64,000 bases of DNA from the NCBI GenBank assembly GCA_951406725.2, contig OX597823.1:42532001-42596000 (forward strand). The letters run 5' to 3'. The translations under genes and the position numbers were made by a program. Below, in pieces: positions 41,146 through 51,249 of this stretch. The DNA is from Octopus vulgaris (lineage: Eukaryota). The notes under the pieces are model-generated. The model was not told the origin of the DNA. It worked only from the letters and a program-made list of their open reading frames with translations, and did no database searches. Position 1 is the first letter of the stretch; every line of letters begins with the position of its first letter.

Positions 41146-42372
41146 ATGACTAACTTGCAGGCCTGCAACAGACGAAATTGGTCTGATAACGAAATTGATG
41201 TTTTAATAAACACATGGCTCTCTCTTTCCCAAACAGAAAATCTAAATGTCTTGTGTTTGAATGAGATTGCCGAAAAAACATCACAAGTGGTCAACACACG
41301 ATCCGTCAAACAGATTCGTAGCAAGTTGAAACATATCGAAGTATCTTTCAAACTGATAAGAGGCCATTATGAAAAGCTTCTACATATTTTCACAGTTCAA
41401 GAACAACAACAGCTAGAAAATCAGCAGCCACAACAACAACAACAACAGAATGAGCCACTCCTGGTTCCCAACACAATGGCTGACCCTGACATCGGTCAGG
41501 CACAACAACAACAACAACAGCCACAGCAACAAGAACAACAACAGCCACTCCTCAACTCTAGCTTACTAGACGATTCACTAAATGCCAGTATCTTTTCACC
41601 GCTCTCACAGCAACCACCACAATTATCATCATCATCATCACCACCGCTGCCACCATCGTCTTCTATCACCAAAAATACCAACAGAAAACCAAATAAGAAA
41701 CCACTGCCCTCTTCCCCCACATCACCACCTCAATACTACTGCAGTAACAAAAACTTAAAGAAACATAGGAAGCAGAATGCGCCCCCCACGGCACAAACAA
41801 GAAATCCCCAAATATGCCGCTATTCACTGCGCCAGAGACTCTGCACAAATAGTGACTGCATCTTCACGCATCTACCCGGCACTAGACGCACTACTGGCCA
41901 AGGCCAAAGCACGCATCCCACAATAACATCAACACCACCAAATAGTAAATCGAAATTCAAAACACACACAACTCGGAGTCCCAAAATCTGCCGGTATTCC
42001 CAACGTGAGAGAACATGTCTACTGAGTGACTGTCCCTTCACTCATCTTCCAGGGACCCGACGCACAAACAGAAACGGGGCCTCAAGCCAACACACAAACC
42101 TGAATAACAATAAAAATAGAAACACACCATGCTGCAGTAATGCTGGTCCAGTCTTTTCAGGAAGACACAAAAACAACAACAACAAAAGTGGAAACTACAA
42201 CCCTATCCAACAGTGCAACCACACCTCCAGCCAAAAACTGCTCCCTAAGCAGGAAAATTTTTTAGCCATGTTGAACATGGCAAAAGAGATACACAAAAAC
42301 ATTCTAGCCATCACTCAACACCATCCTATGCTATTACCCCAGTGCACCAATTCCCCACATTGCTGCCACTAA
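41146..42372 (+). CDS. LINE ORF1 (408 aa): Myb/SANT-like N-terminal domain, Q/P/S-rich linker, two CCCH zinc fingers
   Basis: RRNWSDNEIDVLINTW...EIAEK.....RSVKQIRSKLKHI; ICRYSLRQRLCTNSDCIFTHLPGT and ICRYSQRERTCLLSDCPFTHLPGT. Confidence 0.85.
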   Translation: MTNLQACNRRNWSDNEIDVLINTWLSLSQTENLNVLCLNEIAEKTSQVVNTRSVKQIRSKLKHIEVSFKLIRGHYEKLLHIFTVQEQQQLENQQPQQQQQQNEPLLVPNTMADPDIGQAQQQQQQPQQQEQQQPLLNSSLLDDSLNASIFSPLSQQPPQLSSSSSPPLPPSSSITKNTNRKPNKKPLPSSPTSPPQYYCSNKNLKKHRKQNAPPTAQTRNPQICRYSLRQRLCTNSDCIFTHLPGTRRTTGQGQSTHPTITSTPPNSKSKFKTHTTRSPKICRYSQRERTCLLSDCPFTHLPGTRRTNRNGASSQHTNLNNNKNRNTPCCSNAGPVFSGRHKNNNNKSGNYNPIQQCNHTSSQKLLPKQENFLAMLNMAKEIHKNILAITQHHPMLLPQCTNSPHCCH

Positions 42373-43400
42373 CACACACAAAAAATCCAAGCCCCCTGCA
42401 ACAGTCAAAACCAGCCACTATACTAACCTCCACATTCCTACTCAATGCACAAGGTGTCAGCCCTTCCATCAATGCACAAAAATGGAAGGTCCAATTCATT
42501 GAAGACTGGGTTGGTAACCATTCACACCACATCCCTTTCTTCATTCTCACTGAGACCCACCTTGACAACTCCCACTTGGAAGCCGAAGTGAGAGTGAAGA
42601 ATTTCACAACCATCCGCGCGGATCGTATCGGCAGGAGGAAGGGTGGAACTGCCATTTTCCTGCATGATTCATTTACGGCAGATGGAAATAGTATATTCTC
42701 CAACGGCTACTGTGAATCAGTCACCGTGCACAACAAAGCCAATGATCTGACAGTAATTGGGCTCTATAGGCCGCCCCAAACACCCATACTGTGCTTTAAA
42801 GAATGCCTCAACAGCATTAAGTGCTTTATTCAACAGTGCCATTCTAGCAACATACTCATGATGGGAGACTTCAATCTACCCTGTGTTGACTGGACTACAA
42901 ACTGTTTGAAACCAAGCACTCCCGCCTCAACCGCTGACAAAGAAGCAGCAGAGTCACTTTTCGACTTTACGAATGAGTTTTTCTTGTCCCAACTTGTCCT
43001 TGCACCAACAAGACATCAGAACATTTTGGACCTAGTGTTTAGTAACCACACTAACACTATACATAACGTTACAGTGGAAAAAACCCTTCTTTCAGACCAT
43101 GACATGGTTCTCTGTAACATGAAATTCCACCAGCCGAAAGCTAATCCTAGTGACCTTCCTCCAGCCCACCCATTTGACAACATGGATCTCCATAAAGCCA
43201 ACTGGGATGCAATCAGGAACGAGCTATCAAATGTTGACTGGTCCTTTACACATACACACATCTCCACCAACCATAAAACATCTTGGCAGATCTTTGTAGA
43301 CACCGTCACAGACATATGTGCAAAACACTCCCCACCAAGACCTGTGAACAAAAAGTGCAGAATCCCCCAAAACAGAGAAAAACCATTATCAGAAAAATAA
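42249..43400 (+). CDS. LINE ORF2, APE endonuclease part (-1 frame relative to ORF1; no ATG until 42858)
   Basis: LLNAQG, ILTETHL, GGTAIF, YRPP, MGDFNLP, ILDLVF and SDH motifs; frame opens after TAA at 42246-42248. Confidence 0.92.
   Translation, partial: AGKFFSHVEHGKRDTQKHSSHHSTPSYAITPVHQFPTLLPLTHTKNPSPLQQSKPATILTSTFLLNAQGVSPSINAQKWKVQFIEDWVGNHSHHIPFFILTETHLDNSHLEAEVRVKNFTTIRADRIGRRKGGTAIFLHDSFTADGNSIFSNGYCESVTVHNKANDLTVIGLYRPPQTPILCFKECLNSIKCFIQQCHSSNILMMGDFNLPCVDWTTNCLKPSTPASTADKEAAESLFDFTNEFFLSQLVLAPTRHQNILDLVFSNHTNTIHNVTVEKTLLSDHDMVLCNMKFHQPKANPSDLPPAHPFDNMDLHKANWDAIRNELSNVDWSFTHTHISTNHKTSWQIFVDTVTDICAKHSPPRPVNKKCRIPQNREKPLSEK
42255..42281 (+). promoter_or_regulatory. candidate -1 ribosomal frameshift signal (A_AAU_UUU / U_UUU_UUA plus adjacent hairpin)
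   Basis: GAA AAT TTT TTA in the ORF1 frame; GCCATGTT-G-AACATGGC inverted repeat at 42265-42281. Confidence 0.7.
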
Positions 43401-45379
43401 AAAGAACAAACAAAAAAATTAACAAACTAAAGTACTGCCAACAGCAACACACACATTCGACGGCTATCGCACTGCTTGAATCCAAAAAATATAACCTCCA
43501 ACAATGCATGAAGTCCCTCATCAATAACCAAAGATCAGCTGAGGAGAAGTGGGCCATTGAAAAAATCAAACTCAACCCCAAAGTGTTCTTTTCATTTGCG
43601 AGGAAACGCAGGGTCACTGTCTCCACTGTAGGCCCTCTAATTGACGAAACTGGCACTCTCCAAGATAATGCCAAATCCATGGCCGAGATACTGCAGAAAC
43701 AATACTGCTCTGTTTTCAGCAATCCTGATATGGCCGATCTGGGCTGTATCAGTGATGTCAACCCCCAACACACTATATCGGACATAACGTTTAGTGCCCC
43801 TGATGTCTTAGCGGCGATAAACGAAATAAAACACAATTCAGCAGTAGGCCCCGATAGGTTCCCTGCTTGTGTCCTGAAGGTGTGTCGACACCAACTTGCA
43901 TCTCCCCTTGCTAATCTGTGGAGAAACTCACTGGATGCTGGCTATATTCCAAAAAACCTTCTGTCCCAGTCTGTTGTCCCAGTTTTCAAAAAGGGAAACA
44001 AGTCCCTTGCAGTGAATTACCGTCCGATCTCACTCACCTCTCATATCATCAAGGTATTTGAGAGGGTGGTGAGATCTCAAATAACCCAATTTCTGGAAAG
44101 CAACAGACGGCTGATCTCCAACCAACATGGGTTCCGTAATGGAAGGGACTGCCTAACGCAGCTCCTGCATCACTTTGAGGACATTTTGAGAGCTTTGGGA
44201 GAGGGCTCCAACACCGATGTCATCTACCTTGATTTCAGTAAGGCCTTCGACAGGGTCGATCACAAGATCCTATTGAAAAAACTATCCAACATTGGTGTCT
44301 CTGGAAAGTTACTGAAATGGATTAAGTGTTTCCTGACAGACAGATCTCAACATGTTGTAGTTGAAGGGGTAAAATCAAGCCCAGCCAAAGTCAGTAGTGG
44401 CGTTCCGCAAGGCACTGTGCTGGGCCCACTTCTTTTCATCATTTACATTAATGACATTAATGACATCATCAAGCACAGCAACATAAAAATCTTTGCAGAT
44501 GACTCCAAGCTACAGAAGGTCATAAATGAGGCGAGTGACCGGACATGCCTTCAGTCAGATCTACTGGCTGTTATCCAATGGGCAGAAAAAAACAATATGC
44601 TGCTGAACGAGGATAAATTTGAGCTAATCCACTTTGGAAAAGAAGATGCCCTGAAACTCCCATACTCCCTTCCTTCAGGTGAAACTCTCGCGGCGTCCAA
44701 CAACATCAGAGACTTGGGAGTAATTGTGGACAACAACGTAAGCTGGGCCACTCATATAAACACCAAAGTTGACATGGCCCGCAGAATGTGTTCCTGGATT
44801 CTCAGAACTTTCCAGTCGAGAGATATCCACACCATTATCCTTCTCTTCTCCACTTTTGCCCGACCCCACCTTGAATACTGTTGTCCACTGTGGTCTCCCC
44901 ACACAATACAAGGTATCAAAAAAGTCGAAGCACCTCAAAGGGCAATCACAAAAAAGATAGATGGCATGACAGGCCTCGACTATTGGGGTCGACTAGAAAA
45001 GCTAAAACTCTATTCTCTCCAACGTCGTCGTGAGCGCTACATCATCTGCATGATGTGGAAAATATTCCATCAGCATTGCCCAAATGATGTTGGCATCACC
45101 TTTAAGGTACATCCAAGGCTTGGGCCCCGTGCCATCCGCCCAAAACAAAAATCGCACTCTCATCTCATAACAACAATACGGCACAATTATTTCACCTCAA
45201 TTGGCCCCGCTCTCTTTAACATTACACCAAAACACATTAAAACAGAAACTGACCCTATAGGGTTCAAGAAGTCTTTGGACAGATTCCTTCAAGAAATCCC
45301 GGATAAACCCCCTACACCCGGATATGCCTCTGTAAACAATAACTCTCTACTTGAGTGGGCCATAGTGCCCAAATTCTGA
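43283..45379 (+). CDS. LINE ORF2, reverse transcriptase part (joined to the EN part across one indel at ~43365-43382)
   Basis: [64 protein letters not shown]; no internal stops. Confidence 0.95.
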   Translation: MADLCRHRHRHMCKTLPTKTCEQKVQNPPKQRKTIIRKIKRTNKKINKLKYCQQQHTHSTAIALLESKKYNLQQCMKSLINNQRSAEEKWAIEKIKLNPKVFFSFARKRRVTVSTVGPLIDETGTLQDNAKSMAEILQKQYCSVFSNPDMADLGCISDVNPQHTISDITFSAPDVLAAINEIKHNSAVGPDRFPACVLKVCRHQLASPLANLWRNSLDAGYIPKNLLSQSVVPVFKKGNKSLAVNYRPISLTSHIIKVFERVVRSQITQFLESNRRLISNQHGFRNGRDCLTQLLHHFEDILRALGEGSNTDVIYLDFSKAFDRVDHKILLKKLSNIGVSGKLLKWIKCFLTDRSQHVVVEGVKSSPAKVSSGVPQGTVLGPLLFIIYINDINDIIKHSNIKIFADDSKLQKVINEASDRTCLQSDLLAVIQWAEKNNMLLNEDKFELIHFGKEDALKLPYSLPSGETLAASNNIRDLGVIVDNNVSWATHINTKVDMARRMCSWILRTFQSRDIHTIILLFSTFARPHLEYCCPLWSPHTIQGIKKVEAPQRAITKKIDGMTGLDYWGRLEKLKLYSLQRRRERYIICMMWKIFHQHCPNDVGITFKVHPRLGPRAIRPKQKSHSHLITTIRHNYFTSIGPALFNITPKHIKTETDPIGFKKSLDRFLQEIPDKPPTPGYASVNNNSLLEWAIVPKF

Positions 45380-46316
45380 CTTGAAAGACTTCACCAGGTG
45401 GTGCTATTAAGTTAGACATGGCCTGGGCCAATAATGGCCGAAACCTATCAAAGTATCAAAGTATCAAAGTATATATATACGCGTGTTTGTGTAATAGTGC
45501 ATAGTAATTTAAAGATTCATTTATATACTTATATAGGCACCCATATATTACATGATAGCATGTGTGTTTCTGCTTCTATGTATGTACGCATATATGAGTG
45601 TGTATTTATTTGAATATGTATATTCGTGTGCATGTAGATATGTAGATGTATGTGTGCATGTGTGTATAAGTGTGTGTATGGGTGTGTGGGCGTATTTGTG
45701 TGTGTGTACGTCCATATACGTTCTTATAAGCAGAGACATATATGACATTCATGAAACCAATTATATTCATCGGTTTTAATACATCGAAGGAAGATAATGA
45801 AATTATTGTTGTCTATGTCTCATGTTAGATCAATATTTATTGCATTTGGGAGAGAAATGTCATGAGTGACAACATCAACGTTCCGCTAACAATTAGAGTT
45901 CCACCATTACTCGGATGAAGACTTCATCGATACTACACCAAGCTTGTGTTCTAGTTATTTCAACGATACTTATTTGCCGAGTTAGTGTGAGACTCAGTGG
46001 CTGGCTGGATTATGTTCCAGCTACGTGGTTTGTAACACAAAATGCTAAACACATCCGAGAATTTCATTAAAACTGTCGATGTAGTAAAGCCAGCAAGTGT
46101 GGTTTGATGTTATATCGTATACAGTTTGGATAACGATAGAGTAATTCTTAAATCAGATGATATATAAATTAGGATGAAGTGCCCGGACAATAGGATTACT
46201 GGCTTCTACGTGGTTTGCTGCTATTTCCTATTGCAAACGCTAACCGTATCTGAAGAAATTCATTAAACAGTTAGATACGAAATAGTAATAAGAGTGGGTT
46301 GTTAATGTCTATATCA

Positions 46317-46347
<31 letters not shown>

Positions 46348-46394
46348 CATGCATATGTAAGCATGTATTTATGTGTATATATATGTTCTATGTA

Positions 46395-46453
<59 letters not shown>

Positions 46454-46499
46454 TACATGTATACGTATATATTTATGAAAGGGGTATATGTGTGTGTGC

Positions 46500-46534
<35 letters not shown>

Positions 46535-46854
46535 CATAGGGAGAGCAAGAGAGAAAGGAGAGGGGGATAATTCATTAATCAGGCTATAAATTTGTGGATT
46601 ACGTTAAGCAAACTTAATCCTGTTCCAGATCAAGGGAATTGGTGCATCCAGCGTGCCCGTTCAATTTATGCAGTGTTAAGAAGAGGACACTAATCTGTCT
46701 TCATGCACCTTTCTTAGAAAACATTGAGACATTTGTTTTTACTAAAGTAAACTTGAACTGAAATACAATGTAGAACATATACCAAATTTGAAATTAACAC
46801 CCATATTTCTGTGTCTAACCAGCCATTTCCAGTGTAAATTTTTCACTCAAACAC

Positions 46855-46884
<30 letters not shown>

Positions 46885-46888
<4 letters not shown>

Positions 46889-47163
46889 GAAATGAAGAAA
46901 ATGCTGACAAAATAATTTAAGTAATTTAAGTAATTTAATTAGGTGAAAGTTCTTTTTACCGGTTGCGCATTTGTTATGCTTATCAAAATATATTTTTTAA
47001 AGAGAGATTAGAGTTCCTTCTATCAGAAAAGGAACTCTAATCTCTCTTTAAAAAATATTTTTTGATAAGCATAACAAATGCGCAACCGGTAAAAAGAACT
47101 TTCACCTAATTAAATTACTTAAATTACTTAAATTATTTTGTCAGCATTTTCTTCATTTCCTTT
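46885..47163. repeat. 135-bp near-perfect inverted repeat (9-nt spacer), Penelope-like, hammerhead-like motif in each arm
   Basis: 46885-47019 vs 47029-47163; one mismatch seen. Confidence 0.9.
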
Positions 47164-47197
47164 TTATGTATCACAACTCGTGTTCCACATCTCCTTT

Positions 47198-47253
<56 letters not shown>

Positions 47254-47291
47254 CAAAAGAGGGAGTGGTGTTTCCACACAGTTAAAAAAAA

Positions 47292-47793
47292 AGGAAAATG
47301 GTTTGTTGAAAATGCACTTAAATTTCAAAAGCTCGTAAATGTTTAAAAATTTATAAATACATCTTTCCCTAAACATGCCATTACAAGCGAAAGCGACTGT
47401 TTAAAGAAGATCTGAGGAACCGTAAACCAAATTTATTTTTTTACTATTATAATTCCCCCACTTGTTTTTTTTTTCTGTATGACTTGTCGACCACCACCGA
47501 AATTAATGAATCTTGTACATTCTAACAAATTTCATATACAGTTTTAATTTCAAACTTACACCTTCTGTTTTGAACATGATAATTTATCAACATTGAAACA
47601 TTTAAATTTATCAACATTGAAACATTTCAGTTTGTCAAGATCGAAACTTATAAGGATGTTTTTCAAATTTTACACTTTTACCATTGATAAACAAAAAATA
47701 TTGTTGAAACTGGTTTGGTATTATATGTAAATAAATGTATTTTAACCATTTACGAGCTTTTGAAATTTAAGTGCATTTTCAGCAACACATTTT

Positions 47794-47797
<4 letters not shown>
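47292..47797. mobile_element. MITE-like element with ~55-bp imperfect terminal inverted repeats
   Basis: ggaaaatg...gaaaatgcacttaaatttcaaaagctcgtaaatg vs catttacgagcttttgaaatttaagtgcattttc...cattttcc. Confidence 0.65.
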
Positions 47798-47854
<57 letters not shown>

Positions 47855-48199
47855 GTATTATGTATGTATGTATGTATACACAAACAGAGTGAGAGAGAGT
47901 ACATATAAAAATATTCTGTCTAATGATGTAATAGTTATGTATGAGATGTGTATTATTGACTCAGGTCCCCTATACTAAGACCAAAATGTTCTGTGCTGGT
48001 TATGCTTGAAAGAATCTACGCAGATATTGTCATATAATCCAAAATCTAAATGCATACATACAAGGTACATCCAAAAGGTATCAGATTTAACTTTTTTCTC
48101 ATCAAAACTAATGCTGCATGGAGCAATTTTTTGAGTGAGAGGTAATGCCATTCTTCCTGCGAACACTAGAAAATTTTCGCGCAAATATATCAAGATTAC

Positions 48200-48934
48200 A
48201 AACGTGTAGAGTGCGCTCTTGGGATATTCGAACACACCGAGCAGTGATATTGCATTTGTCAAAAGCTTGATGATACTCATGCTCAAACCATCCAGAAGGA
48301 TCATCAGGTCTTTGACGATGATGGGATGGGAAAAATCTCAGATCATGGAGTGGCTCAACCGCTTCAAACATGGTCACACTTCAGTGGAGAGCGAGGAAAA
48401 TTTCAGACAGACTATCCAGAAGCGGAAACGAAAACGTGGAGCCCACTGAGAAGGTTCGGTAAATAGTCACGAAATACCGTCGTGTAACAATCCAGAAAAT
48501 TACTCGCGAATGAGCACAGGATCAGTACCTTGAATTTTAACGGAGGGTTAGCGCATGCAGAAAGTGTCGGCGAAATTCGTTCCCAAGTCGCTGGCGGAGC
48601 AACATATTCAACTCCACGCAGAAATCGCGCAGGACATACTGGAGTATGCAAACCACAACCCAGACATTATGAAAATCATCATCACTGATGATGAGACATC
48701 GGTTTATGGTCATGTTGCGTTCGGTCATCCTGCGTGAAAATGAGAATCTTACGAGCGCGCACTACACGCCTGTATTCTAGGCGTAAACAGCCTCAAAATG
48801 ATGCGGCCTACCGACGCAAACATTTTTGCTAGAGGGTAGGAAGGGTGGTGTCATTTTCCGCCCAAAGGAATTTTCCCACGAGGCATTAGTTTTCACGGGA
48901 GAAAAATTGTCGGACTATGAAACACACCCCGTTT
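48200..48934 (+). mobile_element. decayed mariner transposon
   Basis: EWLNRFKHGHTSVE, KVSAKFVPKSL and IITDDETSVY (mariner WVP / TGDETW motifs); TIR-like end at ~48911-48932. Confidence 0.85.
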
Positions 48935-49246
48935 ATATATATATATATATATTTATTACATATATATATATAGATAGATAGCTACATACATACATACATA
49001 TACACATACACGCACACACGTATATTAAAGGAAAGTGTTATAGACGTATATTTTTAATTATGCAGTCTTTGATTTAATATATACATTTCGACTGCGATCC
49101 ACCAAAACTTTCAACTACCATGTATGCCTCATTTAAATAACACAGCTATACACATGCATTCGATTAATGGAACGTGCAGATGTGCTTCACGAGGACACAG
49201 CTTGGATCATAAGCCCTTCTATATACTAAATATATATGTGTGAGTG

Positions 49247-49361
<115 letters not shown>

Positions 49362-49398
49362 GTATATATATATATGTATGTATATATATATATATATG

Positions 49399-49442
<44 letters not shown>

Positions 49443-49460
49443 GTATGTATATGTATATGC

Positions 49461-49557
<97 letters not shown>

Positions 49558-49616
49558 AATGCGTAGAGATATAATTGCATTGTATCTATCTTATTTATTC
49601 CTTTTGGTTTCCCTTC

Positions 49617-49647
<31 letters not shown>

Positions 49648-49869
49648 AATGTATATGTACATATGTATGCATACGCACATATATAGAAACCCCAGATACA
49701 TATATACGGATGTGTGTGCTTGCTTGTATGTATGTACGCATATTCTGTATGTATCTATATATGTCACATATGAGTAAGCATGCATATAACCGTCTTTATC
49801 TATCATCAGGGCTATATATCCATTCTGTGCTGCATGTTGCGCTGTAATATTCCCATTTGTTCTTTTAAT

Positions 49870-51249
49870 ATATTCCCTACAATTATCACACTCATCTGAT
49901 ACCAATGCACCGTGTTACAATAATAACTAAACTACCCCGATTCCCTTTGTGTTCCTTCTATGAAACATTCATTTTGGAAGGACGAAATAACATCCGATTT
50001 CCCTACGGCAGCCGACTTAAGCATTTGCAATGTATTGAAGTTTCTTTCTCTCTTTAACTTATTCTTCGTTGATACCAAGTACCATTTTACGGTAATGGCT
50101 TCTGTTCGAGGTAGATGTCAGACTGAGGAGAGACAGAAAGACAGAGAGACAGAGTGATTGAGAGAGAGAGAGAGAAAGAGAGAGTGAGAGAGAGAGAGAG
50201 AGATTGAAAGGGAGCATTGCAGAATTAGTTAGGATTTGCCAGTATTGTGGTTAGAAATCAATAAGGGATGAAACGGTCAAGGATAAAAAAAAAAAAGGTA
50301 AGATTACTCTTTACTAGATTTAGTTCGCTGGAGAGATTCAAAGGATAATCCACTCTAATGGAATGTAAGCACAAGAACAATCGGGGGGGAAAAAGAAGGC
50401 CCATAACTCTTTCTGATTTAGGCTCAAGGCCAACAGCTTTAGGAAGAGGTAATTAATGGACATCATCGAATTCGGTATTTGACTAATACTATATTTTATC
50501 GACTCCGAAAGGATTAAAGTGAAGGCACGTGACTCAGTGGTTAGAGTGTTGCACTCACAACCACACGATCATGGTTTCGATTCCGGAATAAGTGGTGTGT
50601 GGTGTTCTTGAGCAGAACTCTTCATTTTATGTTGCGTCAGTTCACACAGCTGTAAATGAATAACCATGCCATTCTTAAACAAGAATATTACTGATAGTGA
50701 CTTCGAAGTCTCGGTCAGTATATGTATACTCTTTACTCTTTTACTTGTTTCAGTCATTTGACTGCGGCCATGCTGGAGCACCGCCTTTAATCGAGCAAAT
50801 CGACCTCAGGACTTATTCTTTGTAAGCCTAGTACTTATTCTATTTGTTTCTTTTGCCGAACCGCTAAGTTACGAGGACATGAACACACCAGCATCGGTTG
50901 TCAAGCGATGTTGGGAGGACAAACATAGACACACAAACACACACATATATATATATACATATATATGACAGGCTTCTTTCAGTTTCCGTCTACCAAATCC
51001 ACTCACAAGGCTTTGGTCGGCCCGAGGCTATAGTAGAAGACACTTGCCCAAAGTGCCACGCAGTAGGACTGAACCCGAACCATGTGGTTGGTAAGTAAGC
51101 TACTTACCACACAGCCACTCCTGCGCGTATGTGTATGTTTGTGCATGCATATGAACAGAGTTGCGTATTTGTGTAAACGTATATACATATGAGTAATGTA
51201 TATGTATGAGATATTCCCTACAATTATCACACTCATCTGATACCAATGC
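49870..51249. repeat. perfect 39-bp direct repeat pair (49870-49908 and 51211-51249)
   Basis: atattccctacaattatcacactcatctgataccaatgc occurs twice. Confidence 0.9.
50728..51125 (-). mobile_element. full-length SINE family A
   Basis: Colinear with 9681-10127. Confidence 0.9.

Larger units (their letters stand above)
40787..45469 (+). mobile_element. near full-length CR1-group APE-RT LINE (element 1)
   Basis: 5'UTR, ORF1, EN and RT frames, conserved 3'UTR stem-loops, (TATCAAAG)3 tail at 45446-45469; (TA)n on both sides. The true 5' end may be ~40836. Confidence 0.95.

Noticed and set aside
43360-43400. Second frameshift between EN and RT in element 1, with a frameshift at the equivalent place in element 2 (~60450-60470), as another programmed frameshift
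   Set aside because: The shifts differ in sign (-1 in element 1, +1 in element 2) and sit in C/A homopolymer runs. Mutation or sequencing indels are more likely; reads or a consensus would settle it.
45420-45445. CCTG-GGCCA..TGGCC-GAAAC as a hammerhead ribozyme in the LINE 3'UTR
   Set aside because: Has a helix II-like stem plus GAAAC but lacks the CUGANGA core and helices I and III.
47975-48160. Upstream exon of the polycystin-like gene
   Set aside because: Has an acceptor-like site but no recognisable motif and lies beside a mariner remnant.
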